From assembly GCA_030429765.1 (NCBI GenBank), contig JAUIER010000006.1, positions 23,925-87,924 on the forward strand: a stretch of DNA of 64,000 nucleotides, read 5' to 3'. The stretch comes from a bacterium. Its GTDB lineage: Bacteria; Omnitrophota; Gorgyraeia; Zapsychrales; Zapsychraceae. Of this stretch, positions 9,830 to 19,237 are shown piece after piece. The stretch's first letter is position 1. Each line of letters begins with the position of its first letter. The notes beneath the pieces are model-generated. The model had not been told where the DNA came from. It worked only from the letters and a program-made list of their open reading frames with translations, and did no database searches. Position numbers and translations under genes: made by a program.

Positions 9830-9872
9830 AAAAAACGGGGATGACCATCTCCTTTCAGATGATCATCCCCTC
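9830..9872 (-). terminator. Intrinsic terminator downstream of fasciclin gene
   Basis: GGGGATGACCATCT/AGATGATCATCCCC stem with U-tract on the - strand. Confidence 0.7.
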
Positions 9873-9931
9873 TGTATGTTAAATCGTTGCTGTTCAACGA
9901 TGCTCGTCGGCGGCTGTTCGGACCGGTCCGA

Positions 9932-10456
9932 TTACTGCGGGATCACGACCTCGTCAATGACGTGGATCACGCCATTGGCCGTGATGATATCGGCCTTGGC
10001 CACGTTGGCGTTGTCGATGCGCACACCACTGGCGTCGGCGTCGATGGACAGGCTCTTGCCGTTGACGGTCTTGGCCAGTTTCATGTTGGCCACATCACTG
10101 GCCAGCACCTTGCCCGGTACGACGTGATACGTCAGAATCGCGGTGAGCTTGTCCTTGTTCTCCGGCTTGAGCAATTCGGCCACCGTGCCTTCCGGCAATT
10201 TGGCAAAGGCCTCATCGGTCGGCGCGAAGACCGTAAACGGTCCGTCGCCCTTGAGTGTGTCGACCAGATTCGCGCCCTCGAGCGCAGCCACCAGTGTGGT
10301 GAATGATCCGGCCGAGACAGCCGTGTCGACGATGTCGGGTTTGACGTCGGCCTTGGCGGACTTTCCGTAGTCACATGAACCACCGGCCTGGCTCGTTGAT
10401 ACGAATGCCAGCATGGCCACCAATCCGAACATGAACGCGAGAATTTTCTTTTCCAT
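9932..10456 (-). CDS. Secreted fasciclin (FAS1) domain protein
   Basis: [27 protein letters not shown]; signal peptide; ATG 10456 after AGGAGG. Confidence 0.95.
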   Translation of the reverse strand: MEKKILAFMFGLVAMLAFVSTSQAGGSCDYGKSAKADVKPDIVDTAVSAGSFTTLVAALEGANLVDTLKGDGPFTVFAPTDEAFAKLPEGTVAELLKPENKDKLTAILTYHVVPGKVLASDVANMKLAKTVNGKSLSIDADASGVRIDNANVAKADIITANGVIHVIDEVVIPQ

Positions 10457-10601
10457 GATAACCTCCTTGTTTGACGATCTGTTGACGTTGAGCGGCACGA
10501 CACCGCCGCTCCTGAAATCTACGCCCATGATAGCGTGATTTCCGATTTGATCAACACAGGTTAAACTTGGACAAATCATGTAGGTGGGTTTGGGGGGGTA
10601 A

Positions 10602-11111
10602 TCAGGAGGAAAATATATCAAATACCGATTTCTTGTCAATCACAAAAGCTTTGAGGAAATACTTATTCAGTTTGAACAGTACTTTAGTACTACAAGCAAC
10701 ACCCAGTAGAAACATGCTGGCAGAGCTGCCATACAGAACCATAAAACCCAAGTACTCGCCAAATATTCTCCAATAAAAGTCGAACAGTGGAGATTTCAAA
10801 GGGTAAACGAGAACAGTGGCTATAACGAATAACATTGTGGCATAGAATAAATTCAATCCTGAAATGTGAAACAAATCTGCTTTATCATCTTTTCGTGCAG
10901 CTAGTAACATACTGGTTCTCATAGACAACCCCGCCAGAGTGGCGGATAAACCGATTGCTGCAGCAAAAATGGGGAAAACGTTTATACAGAGTTGTTTAGA
11001 ATATACACTGAAGGCGATAATTGTAGCGCCAAAAAAAAAGCATATAGTCGGTACGTACAGAAGCACGAGCCATAAAACTCTTTTACTGATTTTTATTAAT
11101 GTTGGGTTCAT
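10602..11111 (-). CDS. Hypothetical AT-rich membrane protein
   Basis: 169 aa with ~4 hydrophobic segments. Confidence 0.55.
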   Translation of the reverse strand: MNPTLIKISKRVLWLVLLYVPTICFFFGATIIAFSVYSKQLCINVFPIFAAAIGLSATLAGLSMRTSMLLAARKDDKADLFHISGLNLFYATMLFVIATVLVYPLKSPLFDFYWRIFGEYLGFMVLYGSSASMFLLGVACSTKVLFKLNKYFLKAFVIDKKSVFDIFSS

Positions 11112-11135
11112 TGTAGCCTCCTTATCGGCGCTAAT

Positions 11136-11387
11136 TCAAATCACATTTTCTTTCATTCTTCGCCGCCATCGACTCCCCGTAATCTGCCCGATCACGGCGA
11201 GAAATATGGTAACGGGAATGAACAGCTTGGCCGTGCCCAGCTGCACGCGGGCGTAGATGATAAATGGAATCGATGCGTGAATCCAAAAGAACCAACCGAA
11301 GGTAAACTTGGCATAGCCTTCGCGGATGTAGCCCATCGGGATGTTCATGGCAAGAGCCAAAATTGAAATTAAGAAGTATTGGTTCAT
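11136..11387 (-). CDS. Small conserved membrane protein
   Basis: NIPMGYIR...KFTFGWFFWIHASIP motif. Confidence 0.65.
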   Translation of the reverse strand: MNQYFLISILALAMNIPMGYIREGYAKFTFGWFFWIHASIPFIIYARVQLGTAKLFIPVTIFLAVIGQITGSRWRRRMKENVI

Positions 11388-11427
11388 CGGAGCAATTAAA
11401 AATCTGATCGGTCTATGTAAACGCTAA

Positions 11428-11862
11428 TTATTGGATCGCATTCACACCAAAATTCCAACCTTCCGGCCCGGGATCGGGAAAATGACCGTAGTCATACCGA
11501 GGCGTTGCGCCGTACATCGGTTGTCGATATTTTCGGACGGCCTCAAGTTCATGTGCACAGTACTCGTAGTGCGGCATATTGTGCCACAAATAGAGCATCA
11601 AAAACATGTATCCAAGAGCACAGACAATCCCGAATCGAAATCCTCCATTGTCCAGCCGCTTCGCCCATTTAAACCGTCTCATCAGAAGTATGATCAAGAC
11701 AAGCGGGACAAAATCCGTCATGATCTCCACCACTATGGATCGATGAATACATTTTGGGAAGATTGAATCCGGTAGCGCCCATTGAATGGTAAACGCCAGG
11801 AAAACATATAGCACAAACCATCCAACGAAACTGACGATATTGATAAATACTTTCTTTATCAT
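11428..11862 (-). CDS. Hypothetical membrane protein
   Basis: 144 aa, 3 TM. Confidence 0.5.
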   Translation of the reverse strand: MIKKVFINIVSFVGWFVLYVFLAFTIQWALPDSIFPKCIHRSIVVEIMTDFVPLVLIILLMRRFKWAKRLDNGGFRFGIVCALGYMFLMLYLWHNMPHYEYCAHELEAVRKYRQPMYGATPRYDYGHFPDPGPEGWNFGVNAIQ

Positions 11863-11910
11863 TGCGTTTTCATACTAAGGAATCGCTGTGCCTCAAAGCG
11901 ACTCCGTCCG

Positions 11911-13353
11911 TTATTTCTTCTGCTGTAGGCCTTCAAAATACGAACGTCTATGTATCACGTTATAGCCTAACATATAGCAATACAAACTCGCGGGTGTAAA
12001 GTTGATCGTCACGTTCTTGTATGTTTTTGAATCCTGTATTGTTTTCGAGGTCACCATAGCACTTGCCAGATTCTGGGCATGACAAAAACTAACCACATTT
12101 TTCAATTCTTTCAGGTTATTAATGTATCTGTCCGACCACTTGGATTCAATCGCCCATGCCGCTTTTTGATTGTCTCCCAGCATAACGATATCAACCTCTC
12201 CTCCATTCCATCTGGCATAGTACAATGTTTCATTTGTATGAAACCAGTGCGCGTAAATGGCTGTCTCCACAATCTGTCCCATCACCTCTTCTCCATCATC
12301 GACCAAGTTGAAAAGAGCGCTTCTCATGGAAGGGTTCGTTAAATATATCTTGAAGTAGTTTGCTCTTTGGAATCGCCTCCCTGAACGTTCGATTCGGTGA
12401 ACAACCTTTATTAGAAAGGCGGCTTCAAGGTATTCGATATATCTTTTGATCGTATTTTTTGCCACACCCGAACTCTTTGACAGTTCTTGCAATGAAACTT
12501 CGTTTGACGTATTGAAAGCAAGTGTCGTAAATAAATAATTAAGTTCCTGGATATCATTCACACCATACAAGCTGGGCAAATCGCGTAATAGAACCTTGTC
12601 GATAATATCGCTCTTTATAAATTGCCCGGGATTGTCCTGTATTTCTTTTGAAAGGGCAGCCTCAGGGTAACCTCCAAAATTCAAATACCTGACAAAATTT
12701 TCATTTAGCTCCGCGATCGAACCTGTAGAACTATAGTTGACGAATCCATCGTCTGATTTTTCTACGAGTACCAATTGTGACTTATCGATTAACGTCATAT
12801 ATTCATAAAACGTCAATGGCGGCAGAAAAAAATCGGTAAAACGCCCAGCTCCAGACTCCATCGAACTCAACCGCAACGCGGCGGCAGCTGACCCGGAGGC
12901 AATAAATTTTATATTGTTGTAATCATCTACCAGGATTTTCAGATTGTTTTCCCAATTTTTTAAATACTGGATCTCGTCAAAAAAAATGAAACATTCATCC
13001 CGCTTATAATCGACCCCTGTGGCCTCCATATAGGAACCCAAAAAATCCTCCAAAATCAGCCCGTTATACAAGGGGTGATCCACAGATATATAACAAATTT
13101 TCTTGGGGTCTACGCCCTCATCGATCAACTTTTGAACGGCATGATGGATCAATACTGTTTTTCCAATTCGCCGTGGGCCCATCAGAATGACGGCTCGAGT
13201 TACATTCCGCTCCAGGATATGGGGATAGAACACATCGAGATAGGGTCTACGTTTATAGTCATCCAAACGACCTGAAATCCTATTCGGCTTATTCCACCAG
13301 AAGTTCTCCGACCTAAGTCTATCTGCCACTTGATCTTTCGGTATTTTCTTCAT
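11911..13353 (-). CDS. AAA_14 / DUF4143 ATP-binding protein
   Basis: GPRRIGKT Walker A, FFDEIQ Walker B, GGYPE, ETAIY, GEVD...IESKW (PD-(D/E)xK-like tail). Confidence 0.88.
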   Translation of the reverse strand: MKKIPKDQVADRLRSENFWWNKPNRISGRLDDYKRRPYLDVFYPHILERNVTRAVILMGPRRIGKTVLIHHAVQKLIDEGVDPKKICYISVDHPLYNGLILEDFLGSYMEATGVDYKRDECFIFFDEIQYLKNWENNLKILVDDYNNIKFIASGSAAAALRLSSMESGAGRFTDFFLPPLTFYEYMTLIDKSQLVLVEKSDDGFVNYSSTGSIAELNENFVRYLNFGGYPEAALSKEIQDNPGQFIKSDIIDKVLLRDLPSLYGVNDIQELNYLFTTLAFNTSNEVSLQELSKSSGVAKNTIKRYIEYLEAAFLIKVVHRIERSGRRFQRANYFKIYLTNPSMRSALFNLVDDGEEVMGQIVETAIYAHWFHTNETLYYARWNGGEVDIVMLGDNQKAAWAIESKWSDRYINNLKELKNVVSFCHAQNLASAMVTSKTIQDSKTYKNVTINFTPASLYCYMLGYNVIHRRSYFEGLQQKK

Positions 13354-13585
13354 TAGTATCAGTATGCTGATCTTATTTACATTTTTTAATTTAAAGAAAC
13401 TCTAATGATATTGTTAACACCTTTTCCTGATTCTGTCAACCGCTCCCTGCAATCAAAATGCAAAATAAATAACTTAATATCGGAGGCAATCTTCAAATAA
13501 TCAGAACTTAAGTTATTTAATTTCAAATATTTATAGACTATTTACACCAACGCGACTGCCGAAGGCTGTCGCGCCAATCATTTTC

Positions 13586-14872
13586 TCAACCTCGCCCAAT
13601 GTCGAGACGTTTTTTGATTTCTTGTTCAAATCCCCGATCAACCGGATGGTAAAACGACTGTCGATCCATTTCATCAGGAAAATAATTCTGCCCGGAAAAA
13701 CTCTCGGGCGTGTCGGGATCATAGATGTAGCCTTCGCCGTAACCGACGTCTTTCATCAATTTGGTCGGGGCGTTGAGAATATGCTTGGGCGGTGACAACG
13801 ATCCTGACTTTTTCGCTGCTTGTTTAGCTTGGCCTAGCGCTTTGTAAATGGCGACAGACTTCGGTGCGGTGGCCAGATAAACCAAGGCTTGTGCCAAAGC
13901 CAATTCACCTTCCGGACTTCCCAACCGTTCAAACGCTTCCCAAGCTGTCACACATTGTGACAACGCTCGCGGGTCGGCCAGGCCGATATCCTCGACGGCC
14001 ATACGGGTCATCCGTCGAGCAATGTAATGGGGATCCTCTCCCCCCGCCAGCATGCGGGCGAACCAGTACAAAGCTGCATCGGGATCACTCCCTCGAACCG
14101 ATTTATGTAAGGCGGAAATCAAATTGTAATGACCTTCATCGCCTTTGTCGTATAATGGCGCGCGCCGCTGAACGACCGTCATCAACGCCTCTTCATCCAA
14201 CGTCTGATTCTTCGCAAATACCTGTTCGGCAATCGACAAACAATAACGGCCATCACCATCGGCCAATGTCTTTAACATGTCCCGAGCCGGCGGCGTCAAT
14301 GGAAGCCTGGCGTCTTTGACGGCTTCAGCCCGCTGCAACAAACTCTCCAGCGCCTCCTCACTCAAACGCTTCAACACCAGGACCTGACAACGGGACAATA
14401 ACGGCGCGTTTAATTCAAAAGAAGGATTTTCGGTGGTCGCCCCGATCAGGGTAATTGTCCCGTCCTCCACGACGGGCAAAAACGCGTCCTGCTGAGATTT
14501 CATGAAACGATGGATCTCATCGACAAACAGGAGGGTTTGTTGACCATTGCGTCGTCGTAACCGGGCCGCTTCAAAAACGGTCTTGAGATCTTTAACCCCG
14601 GCAAAGATCGCGGACAGCTGATCAAAGTGCAACCCCGATCCTTGAGCGACGATGCGCGCTAAGGTTGTTTTCCCGCATCCCGGCGGCCCCCAGAGAATCG
14701 TGGATGTGACTTTACCACTGGCGATCATCTCAAAAAGCGGCATACCTTCAGCGGTGAGATGTTCCTGTCCGGCGACTTCGGATAATGTTGTCGGACGCAG
14801 TTGATCGGCAAGCGGACGCGATGTCCTGTCGTCGGGTGTTGATGCGTTATTGTCTGTGAATAAATCAGCCAT
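13586..14872 (-). CDS. rarA: Replication-associated recombination protein A (RarA/MgsA)
   Basis: [51 protein letters not shown]; last codons appear frameshifted. Confidence 0.93.
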   Translation of the reverse strand: MADLFTDNNASTPDDRTSRPLADQLRPTTLSEVAGQEHLTAEGMPLFEMIASGKVTSTILWGPPGCGKTTLARIVAQGSGLHFDQLSAIFAGVKDLKTVFEAARLRRRNGQQTLLFVDEIHRFMKSQQDAFLPVVEDGTITLIGATTENPSFELNAPLLSRCQVLVLKRLSEEALESLLQRAEAVKDARLPLTPPARDMLKTLADGDGRYCLSIAEQVFAKNQTLDEEALMTVVQRRAPLYDKGDEGHYNLISALHKSVRGSDPDAALYWFARMLAGGEDPHYIARRMTRMAVEDIGLADPRALSQCVTAWEAFERLGSPEGELALAQALVYLATAPKSVAIYKALGQAKQAAKKSGSLSPPKHILNAPTKLMKDVGYGEGYIYDPDTPESFSGQNYFPDEMDRQSFYHPVDRGFEQEIKKRLDIGRG

Positions 14873-14901
14873 AATAAAACGAAAGGGCGAAAGGGGACAG
14901 C

Positions 14902-15956
14902 TTAGAATCAGGCAACAAGTGCAACACTGAGTGTTAGAATAGACACAAAAGGAGTTGCCGATGTCCCGCTATAAACATTTAAGTGTGTATGAACGGGAAG
15001 AAATATCCCGTGGTTTAAGTCAAGGCTTAAGCCTTCGTAAAATAGCCAGCCATCTAGGCCGGTCAGCCAGTACCATCAGCCGTGAAGTCAGTCGAAACAG
15101 TAATGTCGTTACTTATCGTGCAGCTCAGGCTGAACGTAGAGCGCTTCGTTTAAGACAGAAAGCCCGGCGTTCAATAAAAATCAACAAAATTGATCGGTTA
15201 CGTAAATTCATCATAGCACATTTGCATAAGCGCTGGTCGCCTGAACAAATTGCAGTCAAATTAAAAATACTGTATCCTAGAGATATGTCTATGAATATCT
15301 CTCATGAAAGTATATACGCGTATCTATATGTTCAGCCGCGTGGCGCCCTTAAAAAGGAGTTAAGCTCCCTATTAAGACAAAAACACAAGAACCGTCGGCC
15401 ACGTAAGGAGCGTATACAGAGCTGTCCGATACAGAATTACATAAGCATTGATCAACGCCCTCCGGAAGTCAATGCCAGACGTATCGCCGGACACTGGGAA
15501 GGCGATCTGATTATGGGAGCCTCCAATCAATCGGCCATCGGTACGTTGGTTGAACGTACAACGCGTAAGGTTCTGATATTTAAACTTGAGAAGAAAGATG
15601 CCAAGAGCGCCAGAGAGGCCTTCGAGAAGGCATTCAAAAAGCTTCCGACTCACATGAAAAAATCTTTAACCTATGACCATGGCCAGGAAATGGCTCAACA
15701 TAATAAATTCACTCAAAGAACAAAGATACAAGTATACTTCGCTCATCCGCATTCACCCTGGCAACGCGGCACAAGCGAGAATACCAATATGTTAATACGT
15801 GATTTTTTCCCGAAGGGTACAGACTTCAAAGAAGTATCTTCCAGAGAATTGACGAAGGTTCAGAATCTATTGAATGATCGCCCAAGAAAAACATTAAATT
15901 GGAAAACACCCAACGAATCCTTTAATGAATTCGTTGCACTTGTAAATTGATTCTAA
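14902..15956 (+). mobile_element. IS30-family insertion sequence (~1055 bp)
   Basis: Terminal IRs TTAGAATCAggcaACAAGTGCAAC / GTTGCACTTGTaaatTGATTCTAA; flanked by GC on both sides (possible 2-bp target duplication). Confidence 0.9.
14961..15950 (+). CDS. IS30-family transposase
   Basis: HTH (STISREV), WSPEQI, SHESIY, GHWEGD, TYDHGQE, PWQRGTSENTN; AGGAG RBS. Confidence 0.95.
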   Translation: MSRYKHLSVYEREEISRGLSQGLSLRKIASHLGRSASTISREVSRNSNVVTYRAAQAERRALRLRQKARRSIKINKIDRLRKFIIAHLHKRWSPEQIAVKLKILYPRDMSMNISHESIYAYLYVQPRGALKKELSSLLRQKHKNRRPRKERIQSCPIQNYISIDQRPPEVNARRIAGHWEGDLIMGASNQSAIGTLVERTTRKVLIFKLEKKDAKSAREAFEKAFKKLPTHMKKSLTYDHGQEMAQHNKFTQRTKIQVYFAHPHSPWQRGTSENTNMLIRDFFPKGTDFKEVSSRELTKVQNLLNDRPRKTLNWKTPNESFNEFVALVN

Positions 15957-16022
15957 GCTGTCCCCTTTGGGGGACAGGCCTTTTATTGATTTGAATGTCT
16001 GTGACATTATATCATCCTTCAC

Positions 16023-16053
16023 AAAAAAAAGGACCCGCTTTTGGCGGGCCCTT
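16023..16053 (-). terminator. Intrinsic terminator
   Basis: AAGGGCCCGC-caaaa-GCGGGTCCTTTTTTTT on the - strand. Confidence 0.75.
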
Positions 16054-16095
16054 GGATTGTCTCCAGACGGATCGTACGTTGTTGAGCCGTTGAGG

Positions 16096-16248
16096 CTATT
16101 CTTCTTCATCCATCGCTCGGGACGGATAGCGTTCATATTTCCGGTTAACACGCGGATGCCGCTCCTTGTCGGATTCCCATCGCTGTCGATCCTTGGCGTC
16201 CCGGCGGAATTTATCCGCCCGTTTTTCGTCTTCTGTTTTCTTGGCCAC
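16096..16248 (-). CDS. 50-aa highly charged small protein (not in ORF track)
   Basis: GGGGAGG RBS, GTG start, MAKKTEDEKRADKFRR...AMDEEE, followed by a terminator. Confidence 0.6.
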   Translation of the reverse strand: MAKKTEDEKRADKFRRDAKDRQRWESDKERHPRVNRKYERYPSRAMDEEE

Positions 16249-16278
16249 TTGATCCTCCCCGTGTCCGCGGACACGTGT

Positions 16279-16299
16279 AATAGGGCGCTGACCCCTATT
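16279..16299 (-). repeat. REP-like palindrome AATAGGGCGCTGACCCCTATT
   Basis: Exact copy; contains the stop codon of the 16295..16516 ORF. Confidence 0.85.
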
Positions 16300-16516
16300 T
16301 TGTCTTCTGGTTGAGTCCGCTCATCAATTGTTTGTACGCGCGGAGATTTTCCGGATTGTTGAACAACGCGGGATTGCGTTTGACAATCTCAACGGCCTTG
16401 ACGATATTCTGCGCGTCCATCCGCACCTGCTTCGCGGGCGCCGCATGAGCCGTACCCATTGTCAACATACCTCCCGTCAAAACCAACCCCATGAACAACC
16501 TACCTGTCCTGCACAT
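16295..16516 (-). CDS. Small secreted hypothetical protein
   Basis: AGGAGG RBS; signal peptide ending AHA-A. Confidence 0.6.
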   Translation of the reverse strand: MCRTGRLFMGLVLTGGMLTMGTAHAAPAKQVRMDAQNIVKAVEIVKRNPALFNNPENLRAYKQLMSGLNQKTK

Positions 16517-16531
16517 AACTCTTCCTCCTTT

Positions 16532-17464
16532 TTAGATGGTTATGCGACTGGTCAACCTGTATAGCGAACGTTCGGTCAGATGAAACATTCTTTTCCAACT
16601 GAAATCGCCGCACAGAAAATCAACATGCTCAAGCCGTTCGTCACACGCCTTGTGCATATGGTACAAATTTATCACCTTGGCGATGCCCGGAAAATCTGAA
16701 CAAGTCGCCCCGGCAAAAAGGGTATAGATATTTTTGTAGATACATCCCAAATCCACCGCGGCTACTTGGCCCTCCACGAGCACCGTCACAAGGTTCAGCC
16801 AGCCCTGCCTGTCAAAATAATCCGTCACATCGGCAAAGCTCTGGACAAAACGCGGATCCGAAAAGTAAGAATCATCCCCGAAACGCTGCCGGTTTATTTT
16901 AACCATCAGATCAAAATCCGGACGGTGATTAATCCGGTACGTTACCCCGCGTTCTTCAAAACGCTGCACCTCTTTACGGATTGACTTGATCGACGTCTTC
17001 GACCGGAAACCGGACAAATACTGCTCCAGGTCATAATTGGATTGCGCCGGCACAAACAGATAGCCGATCTCATCCACATAGGCCCGGGATAACGGCTCAA
17101 GCGAATCGCCGAGCAGATAACGCAACCGATACCCCAGTCGCTGTTCATCCAGCCAATCGATCATCATCGACACAACCTCTGCATCTCTGGCCACAATACG
17201 GTTGGGTTCGATCCATGTCCCGCCATGCCAGCTTTCCCCCGGAAAGATGCCGTAATTGAACGTTTCATCCATTTCGGCCAGGGGTAACAGGCCGATGACG
17301 TCCTTGCCCTCTTCCACGACGACAAACAGGACGCTTCCTTCGTAATGACGGTAAAAGGCTTCGCGGAATTCCCATAAGTCCGTCACCAGGTCATCGGGCA
17401 TGCAGGCCGTCCACAGCTCCCGGCATTCGTTCAAATCCGTCACCGCCCGGACCCTGCGTTTCAA
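16532..17464 (-). CDS. GNAT-family N-acetyltransferase (Acetyltransf_6/CelD-BcsL-like)
   Basis: IGLLPL, KSIRKEV, V.GQVAAVDLG, VDFLCGDFSWK; likely TTG start at 17464 just after speD. Confidence 0.7.
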   Translation of the reverse strand: MKRRVRAVTDLNECRELWTACMPDDLVTDLWEFREAFYRHYEGSVLFVVVEEGKDVIGLLPLAEMDETFNYGIFPGESWHGGTWIEPNRIVARDAEVVSMMIDWLDEQRLGYRLRYLLGDSLEPLSRAYVDEIGYLFVPAQSNYDLEQYLSGFRSKTSIKSIRKEVQRFEERGVTYRINHRPDFDLMVKINRQRFGDDSYFSDPRFVQSFADVTDYFDRQGWLNLVTVLVEGQVAAVDLGCIYKNIYTLFAGATCSDFPGIAKVINLYHMHKACDERLEHVDFLCGDFSWKRMFHLTERSLYRLTSRITI

Positions 17465-17465
17465 C

Positions 17466-17891
17466 TTAATAGCGGAAGGTGGTGTTAACAATGCAGTCTT
17501 CTCCCTTGAAAAACTTGCGGGCAAATCGTTTGACCTTGTCGATGTCGTACGGCTTGCAGCTAAACACATCCAGATAAACGGTATTGGTCAGGTTGGCAAA
17601 ATGCCCGGAGATCAATGAAGTTTCAATCAGTTGGACCATTGAAAAACCGGCCACCTTCTCGTCCTCACCAAAATGAACCACCTGAGTCTCGCCAAAGCGC
17701 TTCATCTCAATCAAATCGCATAGCTGGTGAACAAACTTTCGGATCTTCCCGGCATCGCGAATGATATCCGGATCACATTGGTAAATATCAACACTGGTCG
17801 CCACCCCCCACACATTGAATTCCGAACAACAGGCCTGGACCTGATCAAAACTCGGCGATGCCTTGGGGGCGGTTCTGATTAATTTGTGCAT
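17466..17891 (-). CDS. speD: S-adenosylmethionine decarboxylase proenzyme (pyruvoyl-dependent)
   Basis: GFSMVQLIETSLISGHF, YLDVFSCK motifs; substrate specificity not verified. Confidence 0.85.
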   Translation of the reverse strand: MHKLIRTAPKASPSFDQVQACCSEFNVWGVATSVDIYQCDPDIIRDAGKIRKFVHQLCDLIEMKRFGETQVVHFGEDEKVAGFSMVQLIETSLISGHFANLTNTVYLDVFSCKPYDIDKVKRFARKFFKGEDCIVNTTFRY

Positions 17892-18443
17892 TTATGCTTG
17901 TTCTCCTCTCCCCGAACAGGGATAAGTTAAATCATCAAGGTTAAAAACCGTTTCCAGCTCATCCTGACTGGATTCATACGCGCCAAACAGATGCGGATGA
18001 CTTTGTAAAACCGCCAGCCGTTCATCGTCGGCCAGATATTGCTGCAGGAATTCCACATACTCTTGGTATTTCGCGGAACCTTTGGTCTGCTGCACGTACG
18101 GACATTCCAGATGCACGCTGACCGCCGGCTTGCCCTCCTGCTGCGTCAATACAAACGGATAGATGCGGCATTCCAACGGACGATCCTGATAGACCCCGCA
18201 CTCACCGTTTTCGGTGTTATAAAACCGGCAAATAAAAAGTCCATGACATTGCTTGGTGGTGATGTAGCCGTCATCGTCCACAACGGGATGCGTGCTTGAG
18301 GCATCATTCGCGGATACCGCGCGCATCACTTGCTCCTCGTCGCGGGTCACCTTGGGCCGCCACTCGGATTCCTCCTCGGGAAACCGGCAGCAGCCCCGGC
18401 ATGACAGACACGTTGACGATGACAGAAACTGCTTCATCGTCAT
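17892..18443 (-). CDS. YkgJ family (CxxCxxCC) Fe-S/Zn cluster protein
   Basis: CLSCRGCC...C...CGVYQDRPLECRIYPF...CP. Confidence 0.88.
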   Translation of the reverse strand: MTMKQFLSSSTCLSCRGCCRFPEEESEWRPKVTRDEEQVMRAVSANDASSTHPVVDDDGYITTKQCHGLFICRFYNTENGECGVYQDRPLECRIYPFVLTQQEGKPAVSVHLECPYVQQTKGSAKYQEYVEFLQQYLADDERLAVLQSHPHLFGAYESSQDELETVFNLDDLTYPCSGRGEQA

Positions 18444-18445
18444 GA

Positions 18446-18910
18446 TTATTCCACGGCGGAATTGCTGTATTCCAGATCGTCGACTTCGACTTCCAGCATC
18501 TCACCTTCTTCCTGAAATTCTTCATACTCTTCAAATGTATACTGCTCTTCATCGGTCAACTCCATGCCCTGCAGCGAGCCAAAGTCCACCGCGAATTCTT
18601 CATCCAGCCCGACCTTGTAAATGTTGACCGCGATGTAATTACCGCCTTGAACTTCAAAGTCGATAAAAACTTCATCACCGTTCACAATTTCCTCAAGGGC
18701 CGCCACATTCTCAAGTCCGGTCTGATCATTGATCACAAATGTGATCTCACGGCCTTCATCGGCCTCATCTTCGGCGTCGGTCTGCTTGACGACAATTTCC
18801 TCGACGGATATCGACTGGACCACCCCCGATACAAATTCGTACTCTTCATCGGCCGCGGCCTGATTCACACTTAATCCCAAAATAAACGCTAGTAACATCA
18901 ACTTCTTCAT
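18446..18910 (-). CDS. Secreted highly acidic OB-fold-like protein
   Basis: ATG 18910 after AGGAGG; signal peptide; D/E-rich. Confidence 0.7.
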   Translation of the reverse strand: MKKLMLLAFILGLSVNQAAADEEYEFVSGVVQSISVEEIVVKQTDAEDEADEGREITFVINDQTGLENVAALEEIVNGDEVFIDFEVQGGNYIAVNIYKVGLDEEFAVDFGSLQGMELTDEEQYTFEEYEEFQEEGEMLEVEVDDLEYSNSAVE

Positions 18911-18935
18911 TTTGATTCCTCCTTGATTTGGACAC

Positions 18936-19093
18936 AAAAAAAGCGCATTCAAAGCAAAGCCAACAAATCTCATGTACGAGACTCACCAACTCAAAACTCG
19001 AAATGCGCGTCTTTCTTTCCTAGCCGCACCGGAGAACCCTTTCTCCGGCCCGGGACCAGTCTAGATGTCAGTCTGGATTTTCGGGAACTTCCC
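18936..19093 (-). ncRNA. Candidate cis-regulatory RNA (atoC-like motif) with intrinsic terminator
   Basis: On -: AGTTCCCGAAA-[hairpin]-CGGGCC-[CCGGAGAA/TTCTCCGG hairpin]-GGAAAGAAAGA-GCGCATT...AATGCGC-T7, just before the RBS. Family call is from memory of the motif. Confidence 0.55.
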
Positions 19094-19216
19094 CTCCTTT
19101 AATCTTTACGCCTAAATAATAGCTTTTTTTCCGGCAAAATCAATTGTTTTTTAATAATCGGGGTCCAGGTCTTGTTATTGAATCGCGCCTTGTTGACGGT
19201 CACACGTCTGATGGCC

Positions 19217-19237
19217 AATAGGGCGCTGACCCCTATT
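19217..19237 (-). repeat. REP-like palindrome AATAGGGCGCTGACCCCTATT
   Basis: Exact copy abutting the stop codon at 19238; a related forward motif GGGGTCCAGGTCTTG lies at 19160. Confidence 0.85.

Noticed and set aside
19010-19080. SAM-I riboswitch upstream of the speD operon (ATCCAGA..GACTGG..GGTGC words)
   Set aside because: Lacks the GCAAC core and a P1-closing GAU; the pairing pattern does not fit SAM-I.
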